Part shown: one piece after another, positions 50,791-61,800 of the stretch
How positions within the stretch are numbered: the first letter of the stretch is position 1
Layout: the number at the start of each line of letters is the position of its first letter
DNA from: a virus
Taxonomy: Duplodnaviria > Caudoviricetes
Reading direction: 5' to 3' (one strand)
Length of the DNA: 64,000 bases
IMG/VR virus record: IMGVR_UViG_3300029319_000001
Notes under the pieces: model-generated
Database searches by the model: none
The model's input: the letters and a program-made list of their open reading frames with translations, nothing else
What the model was told of the DNA's origin: nothing
Position numbers and translations under genes: made by a program

Positions 50791-51900
50791 ATGAAGATAG
50801 CAATTGTTGGTGCAGGTAACGGTGGTTTAATCGTTGCTCTGCACCTTTTGCGTGAGCATCATAATACTGATGTAGAGATTGAGATATACTATGACCCATC
50901 TATTCCTATTGAAAAGGTTGGTCAAGGATCTCTTCCAAATTTTACTGGTATTGTTTCTGAAGTATTAGATATTGATTGGTATAATAATCCAATAGATGCC
51001 ACAATAAAATCTGGTATATTATATGAGGGATGGGGTCAGAAGAAAGATAAATTCTTCCACGCATTCCCTATGGATTTTGTTGCGACACATTATTCTCCTT
51101 ATAAACTGAGAGAATATATGATTGAAAAAAATATATGTAAGTTTATAGAACAGAATGTAGAAGATTGTAATGATATAGATGCTGATTATGTTTTTGATTG
51201 TAGAGGAACACCTAAGGATCTTTCAGAATATGATACTATAAAGAATCCTTTGAACTCTGTTGTTTTAGGACAGAAAAATGAGGTAGATCATAATCAACAA
51301 TGGACTAGGGCAGTAGCAACTCTTGATGGATGGACATTTGTTATTCCAAATAAAAATTATACTTCGTATGGTTATCTTTATAACAATAAGATAACTTCTG
51401 ACTATGATGCAAGGAAAAGTATGCACTTAGCATTTGGTGTTCTTCCAGATACCACAGTAAATTTTGATAACTATGTTGCTAAGGAACCCATTCAAAACGA
51501 TAAGGTTATTCTTAATGGTAATAGACTATTGTTTATTGAACCATTAGAAGCTAGTGCTGTAGAATGTTATTTAAGATGGACTACTTTAGTATCTCAATGG
51601 ATCTTTGATGGTAGGTCAAAGAGTTCAATTCTTGAACAATTTAGTAAAGATATTTTTGAGCATCAAAACTTTATTCTTTGGCACTATGCTAATGGTTCAA
51701 AGTATAATACAGACTTCTGGCAACATGCTATGGACATGAGTAGGAATCATGTTTACGATGATCGTTTCTTTGAATACATTGAGGTTGCTCAATCAAAATC
51801 TAGGATAGAATTAATCGACGAAACTGAAGAAGTCACCTACGGTCAATGGCATAATACTACCTTTAAAAACTGGATTGATAATGTCTTTCCAACTTCTTGA
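50791..51900 (+). CDS. flavin-dependent tryptophan halogenase-like protein
   Basis: IVGAGNGG, GWTFVIP, FIEPLEAS. Confidence 0.8.
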   Translation: MKIAIVGAGNGGLIVALHLLREHHNTDVEIEIYYDPSIPIEKVGQGSLPNFTGIVSEVLDIDWYNNPIDATIKSGILYEGWGQKKDKFFHAFPMDFVATHYSPYKLREYMIEKNICKFIEQNVEDCNDIDADYVFDCRGTPKDLSEYDTIKNPLNSVVLGQKNEVDHNQQWTRAVATLDGWTFVIPNKNYTSYGYLYNNKITSDYDARKSMHLAFGVLPDTTVNFDNYVAKEPIQNDKVILNGNRLLFIEPLEASAVECYLRWTTLVSQWIFDGRSKSSILEQFSKDIFEHQNFILWHYANGSKYNTDFWQHAMDMSRNHVYDDRFFEYIEVAQSKSRIELIDETEEVTYGQWHNTTFKNWIDNVFPTS

Positions 51901-51925
51901 CAAAACTTTACAATTCATATATAAT
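51897..51925 (+). promoter_or_regulatory. psbA sigma70 promoter with HLR1-like repeat over the -35 box
   Basis: TTGACA-17nt-TATAAT; TTGACAAA-AC-TTTACAAT. Confidence 0.8.
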
Positions 51926-51954
51926 AAGGATTGCGTGGGTTTCCTCACAAAATA

Positions 51955-52030
51955 AACTGCTCCCAACCAAGACCTCTGTAGGCAGTATAATACTTCGTCT
52001 TTTATCCAAGAGTAGAAGGGATTCTTGGAA
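51955..52030 (+). ncRNA. psbA leader RNA with pseudoknot, PhotoRC-II-like
   Basis: ACTGCT/GGCAGT stem whose loop AAGAC pairs with downstream GTCTT; TCCAAGA/TCTTGGA hairpin; located 5' of psbA. Confidence 0.55.
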
Positions 52031-52081
52031 ATATGTTTCGCATCTAACCCTTGATGCCCTACATACAAATCGTCTTTTTAA

Positions 52082-53170
52082 ATGACAACTCTTTCAAATA
52101 CACGCAGACAAGGTGGACTCCTACAGGGATGGCCTGAGTTCTGTGAGTGGGTAACTTCAACAAACAATAGAATCTATGTTGGTTGGTTCGGAGTACTCAT
52201 GATCCCATGCTTGCTAACAGCAGCAGCATGTTTCATCGTTGCATTCATTGCAGCACCTCCAGTCGATATCGACGGAATCAGAGAACCAGTTGCAGGTTCT
52301 TTCATGTATGGTAACAACATCATCTCTGGTGCAGTTGTTCCTTCATCAAATGCAATAGGTCTACACTTCTACCCAATCTGGGAAGCAGCAACAGTAGACG
52401 AATGGTTATACAATGGTGGTCCTTACCAACTTGTTATTTTCCACTTCCTTATTGGAATCTCTGCCTACATGGGTAGACAGTGGGAACTATCATATAGATT
52501 AGGTATGAGACCTTGGATATGTGTAGCATATTCTGCTCCTGTATCTGCAGCATTTGCTGTATTCTTAGTGTATCCTTTCGGTCAGGGATCTTTCTCAGAC
52601 GGAATGCCACTAGGTATCTCAGGTACATTTAACTTTATGTTCGTGTTCCAAGCAGAGCATAACATCCTAATGCATCCTTTCCATATGGCAGGGGTAGCAG
52701 GTATGTTCGGAGGATCTTTATTCTCAGCAATGCATGGTTCTCTTGTTACATCATCTCTAATCAGAGAAACAACTGAGCAAGAGTCACAGAACTACGGTTA
52801 TAAGTTCGGACAAGAAGAAGAAACATACAACATTGTAGCTGCACACGGTTACTTTGGTCGTCTTATCTTCCAGTATGCTTCATTCAACAACTCAAGAAGT
52901 TTACACTTCTTCCTAGCAGTTTTCCCTGTAGTCTGTGTATGGTTAACCTCAATGGGTATCTGTACTATGGCATTCAACCTTAACGGATTCAACTTCAACC
53001 AATCAGTTGTAGATGCTAACGGTAAGATTGTTCCTACATGGGGCGATGTTCTTAATAGAGCAAACCTAGGTATGGAAGTTATGCATGAGAGAAATGCACA
53101 TAACTTCCCACTTGACCTTGCATCTGCAGAGTCAACAACAGTTGCTTTAACAGCACCTTCAATCGGTTAA
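52082..53170 (+). CDS. psbA: photosystem II D1
   Basis: unambiguous D1 sequence, uninterrupted, Gln130 form (GRQWELS). Confidence 0.99.
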   Translation: MTTLSNTRRQGGLLQGWPEFCEWVTSTNNRIYVGWFGVLMIPCLLTAAACFIVAFIAAPPVDIDGIREPVAGSFMYGNNIISGAVVPSSNAIGLHFYPIWEAATVDEWLYNGGPYQLVIFHFLIGISAYMGRQWELSYRLGMRPWICVAYSAPVSAAFAVFLVYPFGQGSFSDGMPLGISGTFNFMFVFQAEHNILMHPFHMAGVAGMFGGSLFSAMHGSLVTSSLIRETTEQESQNYGYKFGQEEETYNIVAAHGYFGRLIFQYASFNNSRSLHFFLAVFPVVCVWLTSMGICTMAFNLNGFNFNQSVVDANGKIVPTWGDVLNRANLGMEVMHERNAHNFPLDLASAESTTVALTAPSIG

Positions 53171-53192
53171 TAGATTAACTGATATTCAATCG

Positions 53193-53214
53193 AGGCACCT
53201 TCGGGTGCCTTTTT
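53193..53214 (+). terminator. rho-independent terminator
   Basis: AGGCACC-TTCG-GGTGCCT-TTTT. Confidence 0.9.
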
Positions 53215-53228
53215 CATAGGAAAAATTA

Positions 53229-54305
53229 ATGGTAGCATCTACTTTACAAGCACCTACAAGGGGTTGGTTTGATGTACTTGATGATTGGTTAAAGAGAGAC
53301 CGTTTTGTATTCATCGGATGGTCTGGTCTTTTACTTCTGCCTTGTGCTTACCTGTCAATCGGAGGATGGTTCGTTGGAACTACTTTCGTGACATCATGGT
53401 ATACACATGGTATTGCATCTTCATATCTTGAAGGAGCAAACTTTTTAACTGCAGCAGTATCCACACCTGGTGATGCGATGGGTCATAGTCTTATGTTCCT
53501 CTGGGGACCTGAGGCACAAGGTTCATTTGTTCGTTGGGTTCAACTCGGTGGACTCTGGAACTTCGTAGCATTACATGGAGTCTTTGGACTCATAGGTTTC
53601 ATGCTCCGTCAGTTTGAGATCGCAGGACTTGTAGGTATCAGACCTTACAATGCTCTAGCATTCTCTGCTGTTATTGCAGTATTCACAAGTATATTTTTGA
53701 TCTATCCTTTAGGTCAGCATAGTTGGTTCTTCGCACCATCATTCGGTGTCGCAGCAATCTTTCGTTATATTCTATTCATACAAGGTTTCCATAATATAAC
53801 TCTCAATCCATTTCATATGATGGGAGTGGCAGGAATACTAGGTGGAGCATTACTCTGTGCCATTCATGGTGCAACAGTACAGAACACATTGTATGAAGAC
53901 ACATCACAATACACAGAGGGTAAGATTCAATCTACAACCTTCCGTGCATTCGATCCTACACAGGAAGAAGAAACTTATAGTATGATTACAGCAAACAGAT
54001 TCTGGTCACAGATATTTGGTATCGCATTTTCAAACAAAAGATTCTTACACTTCCTTATGTTGTTCGTACCTGTGATGGGTATGTGGACATCATCCATAGG
54101 TATCGTAGGTCTTGCACTTAACCTCAGAGCATACGATTTTGTATCTCAAGAGATAAGAGCAGCAGAAGACCCAGAGTTCGAGACTTTCTATACAAAGAAC
54201 ATTCTTTTAAATGAGGGTATGAGAGCATGGATGTCATCTGTTGACCAACCACATGAGAACTTTGTGTTCCCAGAAGAAGTATTACCTCGTGGTAATGCCT
54301 TGTAA
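53229..54305 (+). CDS. psbD: photosystem II D2
   Basis: unambiguous D2 sequence with the Prochlorococcus-type insertion ([12 protein letters not shown]). Confidence 0.99.
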   Translation: MVASTLQAPTRGWFDVLDDWLKRDRFVFIGWSGLLLLPCAYLSIGGWFVGTTFVTSWYTHGIASSYLEGANFLTAAVSTPGDAMGHSLMFLWGPEAQGSFVRWVQLGGLWNFVALHGVFGLIGFMLRQFEIAGLVGIRPYNALAFSAVIAVFTSIFLIYPLGQHSWFFAPSFGVAAIFRYILFIQGFHNITLNPFHMMGVAGILGGALLCAIHGATVQNTLYEDTSQYTEGKIQSTTFRAFDPTQEEETYSMITANRFWSQIFGIAFSNKRFLHFLMLFVPVMGMWTSSIGIVGLALNLRAYDFVSQEIRAAEDPEFETFYTKNILLNEGMRAWMSSVDQPHENFVFPEEVLPRGNAL

Positions 54306-54327
54306 TTTATAAATTATATGTTATAAT

Positions 54328-54352
54328 GAGGGTATAACTACCCTCTTTTTTT
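54328..54352 (+). terminator. rho-independent terminator
   Basis: GAGGGTA-TAAC-TACCCTC-T7. Confidence 0.88.
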
Positions 54353-54595
54353 ATGCTTGAAGTGATTTGCCAGAACGACCCTTACAGGTATGTTGAAATG
54401 CCTGACCTCCTTCCCAATGGCAAAGGAGATTATCGTATCCAGAAGTGGAATAATTACAATGGTTACAAAGACATGTATCTTTGTGACAACTACATGCAGT
54501 TAGAAACTGCTATAAATGATTTTGAATATACTAAATGGTTAGATCCTGCAGGTGTTCCATGTTATGTAAAAGATCACGCAACAAGTAATGATTAG
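54353..54595 (+). CDS. hypothetical protein
   Basis: 80 aa ORF. Confidence 0.65.
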   Translation: MLEVICQNDPYRYVEMPDLLPNGKGDYRIQKWNNYNGYKDMYLCDNYMQLETAINDFEYTKWLDPAGVPCYVKDHATSND

Positions 54596-54887
54596 TCAAC
54601 ACATGTATCCATTTTATAGAGTGTATGATGAAAATGGTGATCAGTATTGTGATTGTAGTCACGAAGAGTATGCAATCAAAACTTTATGGTTACATAGAGA
54701 ATATCAAAATGAGATATTTACTTACCAAAAAATCAATGCACCTATCTTAGATCAAACAGTTGATGTAACAGCAACAAGAGAAAAAGAATTACCTGGTCAA
54801 CAAGGTCTTCCTAAAGCAAAAGAAAGACTTCCTTTTGAACCAGAAGATAAACAATTACAACACAGTATTTTGGAGGAAATTATTTAA
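54588..54887 (+). CDS. hypothetical protein
   Basis: 99 aa ORF. Confidence 0.6.
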   Translation: MISQHMYPFYRVYDENGDQYCDCSHEEYAIKTLWLHREYQNEIFTYQKINAPILDQTVDVTATREKELPGQQGLPKAKERLPFEPEDKQLQHSILEEII

Positions 54888-54976
54888 TGCCACTATTTTT
54901 AATCGTATTAGGTGCCTCATCAGTTGGTGCTCTCATCGCTCTTTATATTCTTAGAAAGTATGACCCCCACAATTAA
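54887..54976 (+). CDS. 29-aa membrane peptide
   Basis: GGAGG RBS, TAATG coupling; MPLFLIVLGASSVGALIALYILRKYDPHN. Confidence 0.55.
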   Translation: MPLFLIVLGASSVGALIALYILRKYDPHN

Positions 54977-55166
54977 TTTTAAACAAACAAGTGACGAACT
55001 ATATGATCGTCATCATTACAAAATAGTTTCTAAACACTATGCTACTTTTATTGTAAAATCTTGGGACGAAGTTCAAGAGTGGTGGTGGAATCATTGTAAT
55101 ATGTTTGGTTTTGATGCTATAATAGAAGTATTAGACATACCAAAAGAAAAACCTAAAGGATTTTAG
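54960..55166 (+). CDS. hypothetical protein
   Basis: YDRHHYKIV...VQEWWW. Confidence 0.55.
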   Translation: MTPTINFKQTSDELYDRHHYKIVSKHYATFIVKSWDEVQEWWWNHCNMFGFDAIIEVLDIPKEKPKGF

Positions 55167-55168
55167 TA

Positions 55169-55321
55169 ATGAATTGTTGGCACTGTGGAACTGAATTAAT
55201 CTGGGGATCAGATTTTGACATGGATGATATAAATGACGGAGAGGAGTCTGAGTATGATTTCTGGTCTAGTTTTACTTGTCCTAAATGTGAATCTTATGTG
55301 GAGGTATTTCATCACAAATGA
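55169..55321 (+). CDS. 50-aa zinc-ribbon protein (not in ORF track)
   Basis: MNCWHC...CPKC. Confidence 0.7.
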   Translation: MNCWHCGTELIWGSDFDMDDINDGEESEYDFWSSFTCPKCESYVEVFHHK

Positions 55322-55818
55322 ACATCTTTGTAACTGATCCTTCAGCAGTAAAATCTGCACAGGTATTGCCCGACAAACACATTGTCAAGATGCCATTAGA
55401 AACATGTCAAATGTTATCTATTGTTGCATCAGAAAAATGGGGTCATGGTTTTGGCACACTACCAAAGTTAGATGGCACACCATACAAGACAGACAAGGGT
55501 GCATTTCGTAATCATCCTTGTACTATCTGGGCACAAGATAATTGGACATGGTTAATTGTACATGGTCTTGCTCTATGCTATGAATATACGCATAGGTATG
55601 CTAAAATACATAGTTGTCAGCATACAATAGAACATGCTGTAAAAATATTTCCACCACAAGATCATGATCCTAAATCTTTTGCGTTCGCAGGACCCGACAG
55701 GTTTAAATTTGACACAAGCATTGACACTTTTACTGCTTACAAGCGTTATATATCGAGCAAACCTTGGGTTGCATCTAATTATCTTCGTGACCCATCCAGA
55801 AAACCGCATTGGTTATGA
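55318..55818 (+). CDS. pyrimidine dimer DNA glycosylase-like protein
   Basis: MNIF...DKHIVKMPLETCQML...HPCTIW...AYKRY. Confidence 0.7.
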   Translation: MNIFVTDPSAVKSAQVLPDKHIVKMPLETCQMLSIVASEKWGHGFGTLPKLDGTPYKTDKGAFRNHPCTIWAQDNWTWLIVHGLALCYEYTHRYAKIHSCQHTIEHAVKIFPPQDHDPKSFAFAGPDRFKFDTSIDTFTAYKRYISSKPWVASNYLRDPSRKPHWL

Positions 55819-56024
55819 ATAAAGTATGGAAGATCTGGAAGTATGCTCTAGGATCATTTAACGATGAAACAACTAAGAAGTATGATGATATTATATGCAT
55901 CATTAGATCTTTTATCTTTGTACAATTAGTAATTACTAACTGCTTTATTGTTGCAGGTAACATTAGACATTGGAACGACCATCATACCCCACCAACTTAT
56001 GAAATTAACTCAAGAAATAATTGA
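55815..56024 (+). CDS. small membrane protein
   Basis: WKYALGSF...NCFIVAGNIRHW. Confidence 0.6.
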   Translation: MNKVWKIWKYALGSFNDETTKKYDDIICIIRSFIFVQLVITNCFIVAGNIRHWNDHHTPPTYEINSRNN

Positions 56025-56223
56025 TAAGATACAAGAAGCAATGCTTCATACCAAGAAGGATGGTACTATCAATTGGAAAGATACTGATGAGATTGAGGTA
56101 AATCTAGCAGGAACATTTGCTGCTGATAAGTTTATTGTTATCAAGAACAAAACAAAAGACCCAGTAGTATCTGCTGCACCACACCCCAACTTTGATTATG
56201 AAAAGAAGGAGTTTAAAAAATGA
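55999..56223 (+). CDS. hypothetical protein
   Basis: MKLTQEIIDKIQEAM... Confidence 0.6.
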   Translation: MKLTQEIIDKIQEAMLHTKKDGTINWKDTDEIEVNLAGTFAADKFIVIKNKTKDPVVSAAPHPNFDYEKKEFKK

Positions 56224-56738
56224 TTAACACAGAGTTTCAACAAATTCTAGAAAAAAACAACATATTATATGGTGAGACTACCACTCAACCACCGTTCAGA
56301 GTTGTTTGTAGAAACTATGCTACTGATTCTATGGTCACAGATACTATAGGTATAGAAGATGGTCAGTATATTTTTCATACAAAAGAAACAGCACATGCTG
56401 ATGGTGGTAAAGGACACCATGCTCCTATCGTTGAGTTCTTTTTAGATACTGACAAAACTCCTTTGCTTACATTTGATAGAGTAAGACTAATGGGTTATGC
56501 AGTTGAACCATATGTCATGAGAATAATAGACCTTGATTATATACTGAAAGATTTGTTTCAACAGATTGGTTTTACTCTAGTTGATTTTGAAGCAGGGTTT
56601 GGTAGAGATGCTGATGGTCGTTTCCTTGTCAACAAATTGGATATTGATAACATGACAATTTGGAAAAATAATGTAGAAAATAAGTATCTAATTGGAGCAC
56701 ACAAATATATACTAAAACATCTATTGGAGGTATCTTAA
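56220..56738 (+). CDS. degenerate, N-terminally truncated SAICAR synthetase (PurC) homologue
   Basis: VVCRNYATDSM, PIVEFFL, LKDLFQQIGFTLVDFEAGFG align to the PurC core. Confidence 0.65.
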   Translation: MINTEFQQILEKNNILYGETTTQPPFRVVCRNYATDSMVTDTIGIEDGQYIFHTKETAHADGGKGHHAPIVEFFLDTDKTPLLTFDRVRLMGYAVEPYVMRIIDLDYILKDLFQQIGFTLVDFEAGFGRDADGRFLVNKLDIDNMTIWKNNVENKYLIGAHKYILKHLLEVS

Positions 56739-56739
56739 C

Positions 56740-56940
56740 ATGCATGGTAACTTAGAACCAGAAGAGGATTGGTTTAGACCAACACATAAAGATTCTGTTA
56801 ATGATCTATGGGAAGATATGGATCGCCTCAATGCTTTGTATGAAGAGATGATGTGGCCACATAATGATACTTTAGAATTTATACCAGACCATGCTAACGA
56901 TAGAATAATAATACAGAATAGATCTAGAAAAGGTTTATGA
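56740..56940 (+). CDS. hypothetical protein
   Basis: 66 aa, GGAGG RBS. Confidence 0.65.
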   Translation: MHGNLEPEEDWFRPTHKDSVNDLWEDMDRLNALYEEMMWPHNDTLEFIPDHANDRIIIQNRSRKGL

Positions 56941-57503
56941 CCACCCATACTATATTTCCTACAGTAATTGCGAAATCATATGATTCTCAATTTGAATTGG
57001 TTAAAGATGATCTCATAGCATGGATGACTAACTATGCTAAAACTTATCCAACCAATAGTAGGAGTAATGTAGATGGGTATCAAAGTCCTGATAATTTTTG
57101 GGAGATGGATGCCTTCGCACCATTTCTTAATTATATGAGTCCAAGGATCTTAGACTTGGTAGAGGAGTATCGTAATCATGATGAGACATGTATGGATTTT
57201 CAACCAGAATTATCTAACATGTGGTTCAATATAAATTACAAGCATAACTATAATGTAAGTCATACACATCCTGGTTGTGTGCTTGCTGGAGTTTTCTGGG
57301 TTAGTTGTCCAAAACAATCAGGAGAATTAGTTTTTCATCATCTAGATGAACATAACTTTGCTCCTATACAACATACCAATATTACTATACCACCTGTTGA
57401 GGGTGGTATGTATTTGTTTCCTGGTTCTTTATATCATCATGTTAGTATGAGTTATTCTGATGAACCTAGGATGTCAATTGCTTTTAATTTACTTGAACCA
57501 TGA
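56937..57503 (+). CDS. 2OG-Fe(II) oxygenase (TIGR02466-like)
   Basis: NMWFNIN...HTHPG...LAGVFWV...FPGSLYH...RMSIAFN. Confidence 0.85.
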   Translation: MTTHTIFPTVIAKSYDSQFELVKDDLIAWMTNYAKTYPTNSRSNVDGYQSPDNFWEMDAFAPFLNYMSPRILDLVEEYRNHDETCMDFQPELSNMWFNINYKHNYNVSHTHPGCVLAGVFWVSCPKQSGELVFHHLDEHNFAPIQHTNITIPPVEGGMYLFPGSLYHHVSMSYSDEPRMSIAFNLLEP

Positions 57504-57985
57504 GAATTACTGACGACACTCTTGAGAAAGAATATTTTACTATGCTACAAGGAGTTGTGATGGGTCATAACTTTCCTTGGGAGTATCAAGCAAGAGTAGC
57601 AAACCCTTGGGAAAATAATAACGAGCATTTTTATTTTGTGCATAGATTATATGAAAGATTCTCTCCAGTAAGTTCTTTCATGGATCCATTAGATGATTAT
57701 CTAATCAAAGTTTTAAATGTCAAGTCAATAATTAGAGCAAGAGTTTTATTGTATCCTAATCAAGGAAAATTTATTGAGCATGATCCTCATGTAGACTTTG
57801 AGTATAGTCACAAGGCATCACTATTATATTTTAATGACAACGATGGATATACCAAGATGGAAGACGGAACTAAGATAGAAAGTGTTGCTAATAGAAATGT
57901 AATTTTTGATGGATCTACACCACATAATAGTACGAACTGTACAAACGAAAAAGCACGGTTTGTATTAGCGGTTAATTACTTCTAA
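57500..57985 (+). CDS. 2OG-Fe(II) oxygenase
   Basis: PHVD, NDGYT, ANRNVIFDGSTPH, RFVLAVN. Confidence 0.8.
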   Translation: MRITDDTLEKEYFTMLQGVVMGHNFPWEYQARVANPWENNNEHFYFVHRLYERFSPVSSFMDPLDDYLIKVLNVKSIIRARVLLYPNQGKFIEHDPHVDFEYSHKASLLYFNDNDGYTKMEDGTKIESVANRNVIFDGSTPHNSTNCTNEKARFVLAVNYF

Positions 57986-57991
57986 TAAATA
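57984..57991 (+). promoter_or_regulatory. late promoter
   Basis: AATAAATA heading the tail module. Confidence 0.6.
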
Positions 57992-58019
57992 ACTAGAAGC
58001 AATACTATAAAATCTTGTA

Positions 58020-58490
58020 ATGCCGACTCGCATTAAACCAAAACGAAGTATTACGCAGGGACAGATTCCTGGTCTTAATGATCTGGAAGATGGAGAAATG
58101 GCTATTAATATTGTAGACCAAAAGATCTACATTAGAAGTGGCAACGCTGTTGAAACTGTAGCACAAGCTGCTACTGGTGCAACTCCTGTCTTCGCACAGT
58201 TAACTGGTCCTCTATCAACACAACTTGTTGTTAATAAGAGATACCTTGCCGACACTAACGCTGGTGTTATTAATGCCACTATGCCACAGGTCAACTTATC
58301 AGCTGGAGACAGCATTGAGATAGCAGACGGTGGCCAAAGTTGGAATATAAATAATGTTACATTGACTTCAGCGAGCCATCAATTTAAAGATGCGATAGGA
58401 AACATTGATGATGGACCTGTAAACTTAGATGTTTCAGGTGTAACCGTTATGTTTTTATGGACAGGTAGTTATTGGAGAATAGTTAGTTAA
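58020..58490 (+). CDS. tail fibre-associated protein
   Basis: IKPKRS...PGLNDLEDGEMAIN; C-terminal domain shared with the 58855 protein. Confidence 0.7.
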   Translation: MPTRIKPKRSITQGQIPGLNDLEDGEMAINIVDQKIYIRSGNAVETVAQAATGATPVFAQLTGPLSTQLVVNKRYLADTNAGVINATMPQVNLSAGDSIEIADGGQSWNINNVTLTSASHQFKDAIGNIDDGPVNLDVSGVTVMFLWTGSYWRIVS

Positions 58491-58841
58491 ATGGCATTAA
58501 CATTAAGCAACGCACATTTTCAACCTCAAGATTCTACAGGGCATTTTGTTTATGCTTTGAGAAGAGATGAGTACTCTATGCTCTATCTTACTAAGGTAAG
58601 TACTGCTTCTACTACTGAAAGCTTTGAACCATTCCGACTCGATGGAACGCAAGTTGAAGAGTTTGGAGATTATGAGGATTATGTTGAGGAAGTTACTGAG
58701 CAAAAGGCAACTGCCAATAATCCGCAAGATAAATATCAACAGATACGATTTGATCGTCGTAACTTAAATTATTTCCTAGATTCTGATGGATACTTAGTCC
58801 TTCAAGTCAATGGAACCCATTCATACACTGGACCTGTTTAA
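58491..58841 (+). CDS. probable structural protein
   Basis: within late tail module. Confidence 0.55.
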   Translation: MALTLSNAHFQPQDSTGHFVYALRRDEYSMLYLTKVSTASTTESFEPFRLDGTQVEEFGDYEDYVEEVTEQKATANNPQDKYQQIRFDRRNLNYFLDSDGYLVLQVNGTHSYTGPV

Positions 58842-58854
58842 CGAGTAACTAACA

Positions 58855-61800
58855 ATGGCAGAATTTAGACTTGGCAGACTGAAGTTCAACTGGCGTGGAG
58901 CATGGGTAGCATCTACTGCATATGTAATTGATGACATCGTTAAATACGGTGCTAGTTCATATGTGTGTACTGTTAACCATACTTCTGACAGTAGTTCTAC
59001 AGGCTTCCCTAACGACTCAGCATACTGGAGTCTGCACCTTACAGGTCAGAACTTCGCTGGAGATCTAACGGTGAGTACTGGATATGTTGTCCAGGATATC
59101 GTTAAAGAAGGTGGTAACCTATACATTTGTACAGCTCAGAATACTTCAACAGGTATTCAAAGTAACTGGTACGCAAACGACTACCCACAGTATTGGGATA
59201 TCTATGCAGAGGGCGTAAACTTCAGAGGTGCCTTTGCTACTGATACTTACTATGGTATTAATGATGTAGTTGAATATGGTCCTCAACTATATCGTGTTAC
59301 ATCACCATTCCAAACACCATCAGACCAGACTGCCACTGGTGTATCAACATCCCCACATGATACTACAGGTGTTGGATCAGACGGATTCTTCCCTCCTGCA
59401 TCAAACTTTGCTCCATTCTCTAACGGAATAGAGGGTAGAGGAGAGTATGATTCTAATGCAAGGTATGAGAGAGGAGACCTCGTAGAATTTAGTGGTTCTG
59501 CTTATGTTGCCATAGGTACTAACCCAAGAGGAGATCAGCCAAACCAAAACCCAGCTCTATGGTCTAACTTAGTTCAAGGTATTGGTACTGGTGCTGGTGC
59601 GACATACGATAAGACAAGACAATATGGTAAAGGTCAGATTGTTACCTACGGTGGTAACTCTTACATTGCTGACCAATTAATAATTAATAACGACACACCA
59701 CCAATCGGTGCTGGTATTACTGATAGTGATGCAGGACAAAATGGTTGGTCTCTACTTGTTAGAGGACAAAAATGGAGAGGTACTTGGAGTAACTCTAATT
59801 ACTATGAGCAAGGTGACTTAGTTGAGTACTCAAGTTCTGCATATGTTTCTGTTGCATCTTCTAACTTAAATGTTCAACCTGGTACTGCTGTTACCATGTG
59901 GCAAGCATTTGCTATAGGTGATAGTGCAGCACTCTTAACAACTAAAGGTGACATTTTAACTAGAGATGGTACTGGTCCTTCAAGACAGGGTATTGGTACC
60001 CAAGGTACATTCCTAAGAGTATCAAGTACTGATGAAGTTGAATGGCAGTATGCTGGACAAAGAACAAAAATATATTTCATTGACGCACAGCAAGGTTCAA
60101 ACGATAACTCTGGTTTAACTCCTGACGATGCATGGCAGAATATTTCCTACGCATCTACTGCAGCACAGAAAGTATCTAACATTACTAACTTTGTTTACGA
60201 TAATACTTCTGGTATTGCAACTGTTACTGCTGCTAACCACGGTTTATTCCCAAGAGGGGACATCAGACTTGCTGGTATATCATTCACTTGTGCTCCTGGT
60301 TTCTCTGGTTTAACAACTACTGTCTTCCCTGATGGTACACAAGGTTTCTACTTCAAAGTTGATAGTGTTATTGACTCTGATACTTTCGTAACCAATGTCA
60401 GTATCTCAACTATTGCACACACATATGTAAGTGGTGGTACTGTTACTGACTCTTCACCTGTTATTATCAAACTATCTGCTGGTGTATTCTCAGAAGAGTT
60501 ACCAATTACTCTACCTAAGAACTTCTCAATTGCTGGTGATGTTTTAAGAGGTTCAACAATTCAACCTGCTCCTGGCATATCAACTGAGGGTGTTATTCCT
60601 AACTCTCGTCAGACTATGTTCTTTGTGTCTGACTCTACTACAGTTCAGGCGATCACAATGCGTGGTCTCCAAGGTTTCGATTACGATACTAACGATCCTT
60701 TCAATACTGATAAGTGGCAAGTCAAGACTGGTGTAGGTACTACTGCTTGTGGTGTATACTTCAGATTAAACCCAACCGATCCTATTCTAAACCGTTCACC
60801 ATACATTAAAGACTGTACTGCATTCTCTGATGTTTGTCTTGATGGTACAGGACATCAAGGTGCTATTGGTATCTTTATTGAGGGTGGTGTTCACAACCTA
60901 GCACCTGAAGGTGCAGGTGGTAAATCGATGGTGTTCGATGCCTTTACGAATATTCATTCGGGTGGTGTAGGATTCTTCCTAGAAGATGATGCTCTCGCTG
61001 AGATTGTGTCTTCCTTCACATACTATTGTGCATTCGGATATGTATCTGATGATGGATCAGAGATTAGATCTCTATCAGGTAACAACTCCTACGGTACTTA
61101 CGGTGCTGTTGCTGCAGGATTCTCTACACTAGAGACTCCTAGATTTGGTAGGATGTTCGGTGATAAGATGACAACTGTTGTTGGAACTTATGCTGGAACT
61201 CTTGCTGTTGGTGCAACAATGCGTGGTACTGTCTCAGGTGCTCGTGGTACACTAACTAACGACCAGTCTGCATCAGATGCAATCTACTTCAAGTATAAGA
61301 CTGGATTTGGTAACACATTTATGGATGCAGCTGATATCAACCCTGCGGTTGGTATTGGTACTACAGTCTTCACACCTGGTGAGTACATCGAAGTTGATTC
61401 CGTTGGTGCTGGTGCTACTGGATACTTTAGACTCGGTAGTGGTTCTAACGCAGTAAACGGACAGCAAGATATCCTCTTTGAGGTTGCTGGACTTTCGACA
61501 ACACCTATTGTTGGTGACGCATTAGGATTTACTACTGTTGGTATGGGATTCTCCGATACTAATACTTACATCTTAAGAGCTGTAACAAACTATGTTGCTG
61601 GTAATAACTTCACTCCAACTGCAGGTTCTTACAACCCATCAACAGGTATCGTACAGTTGACATCTAACGGTCACGGTATGATGGTTGGAGATAAGATTCA
61701 ATTAACACCTAATTCATTAACATTTACTTGTTCTCTTGATGGTAATGTTTCTCAGAAAACTTATCCTCGTGCTACAGGTACAGGTGTTAACGCTGGTAAA

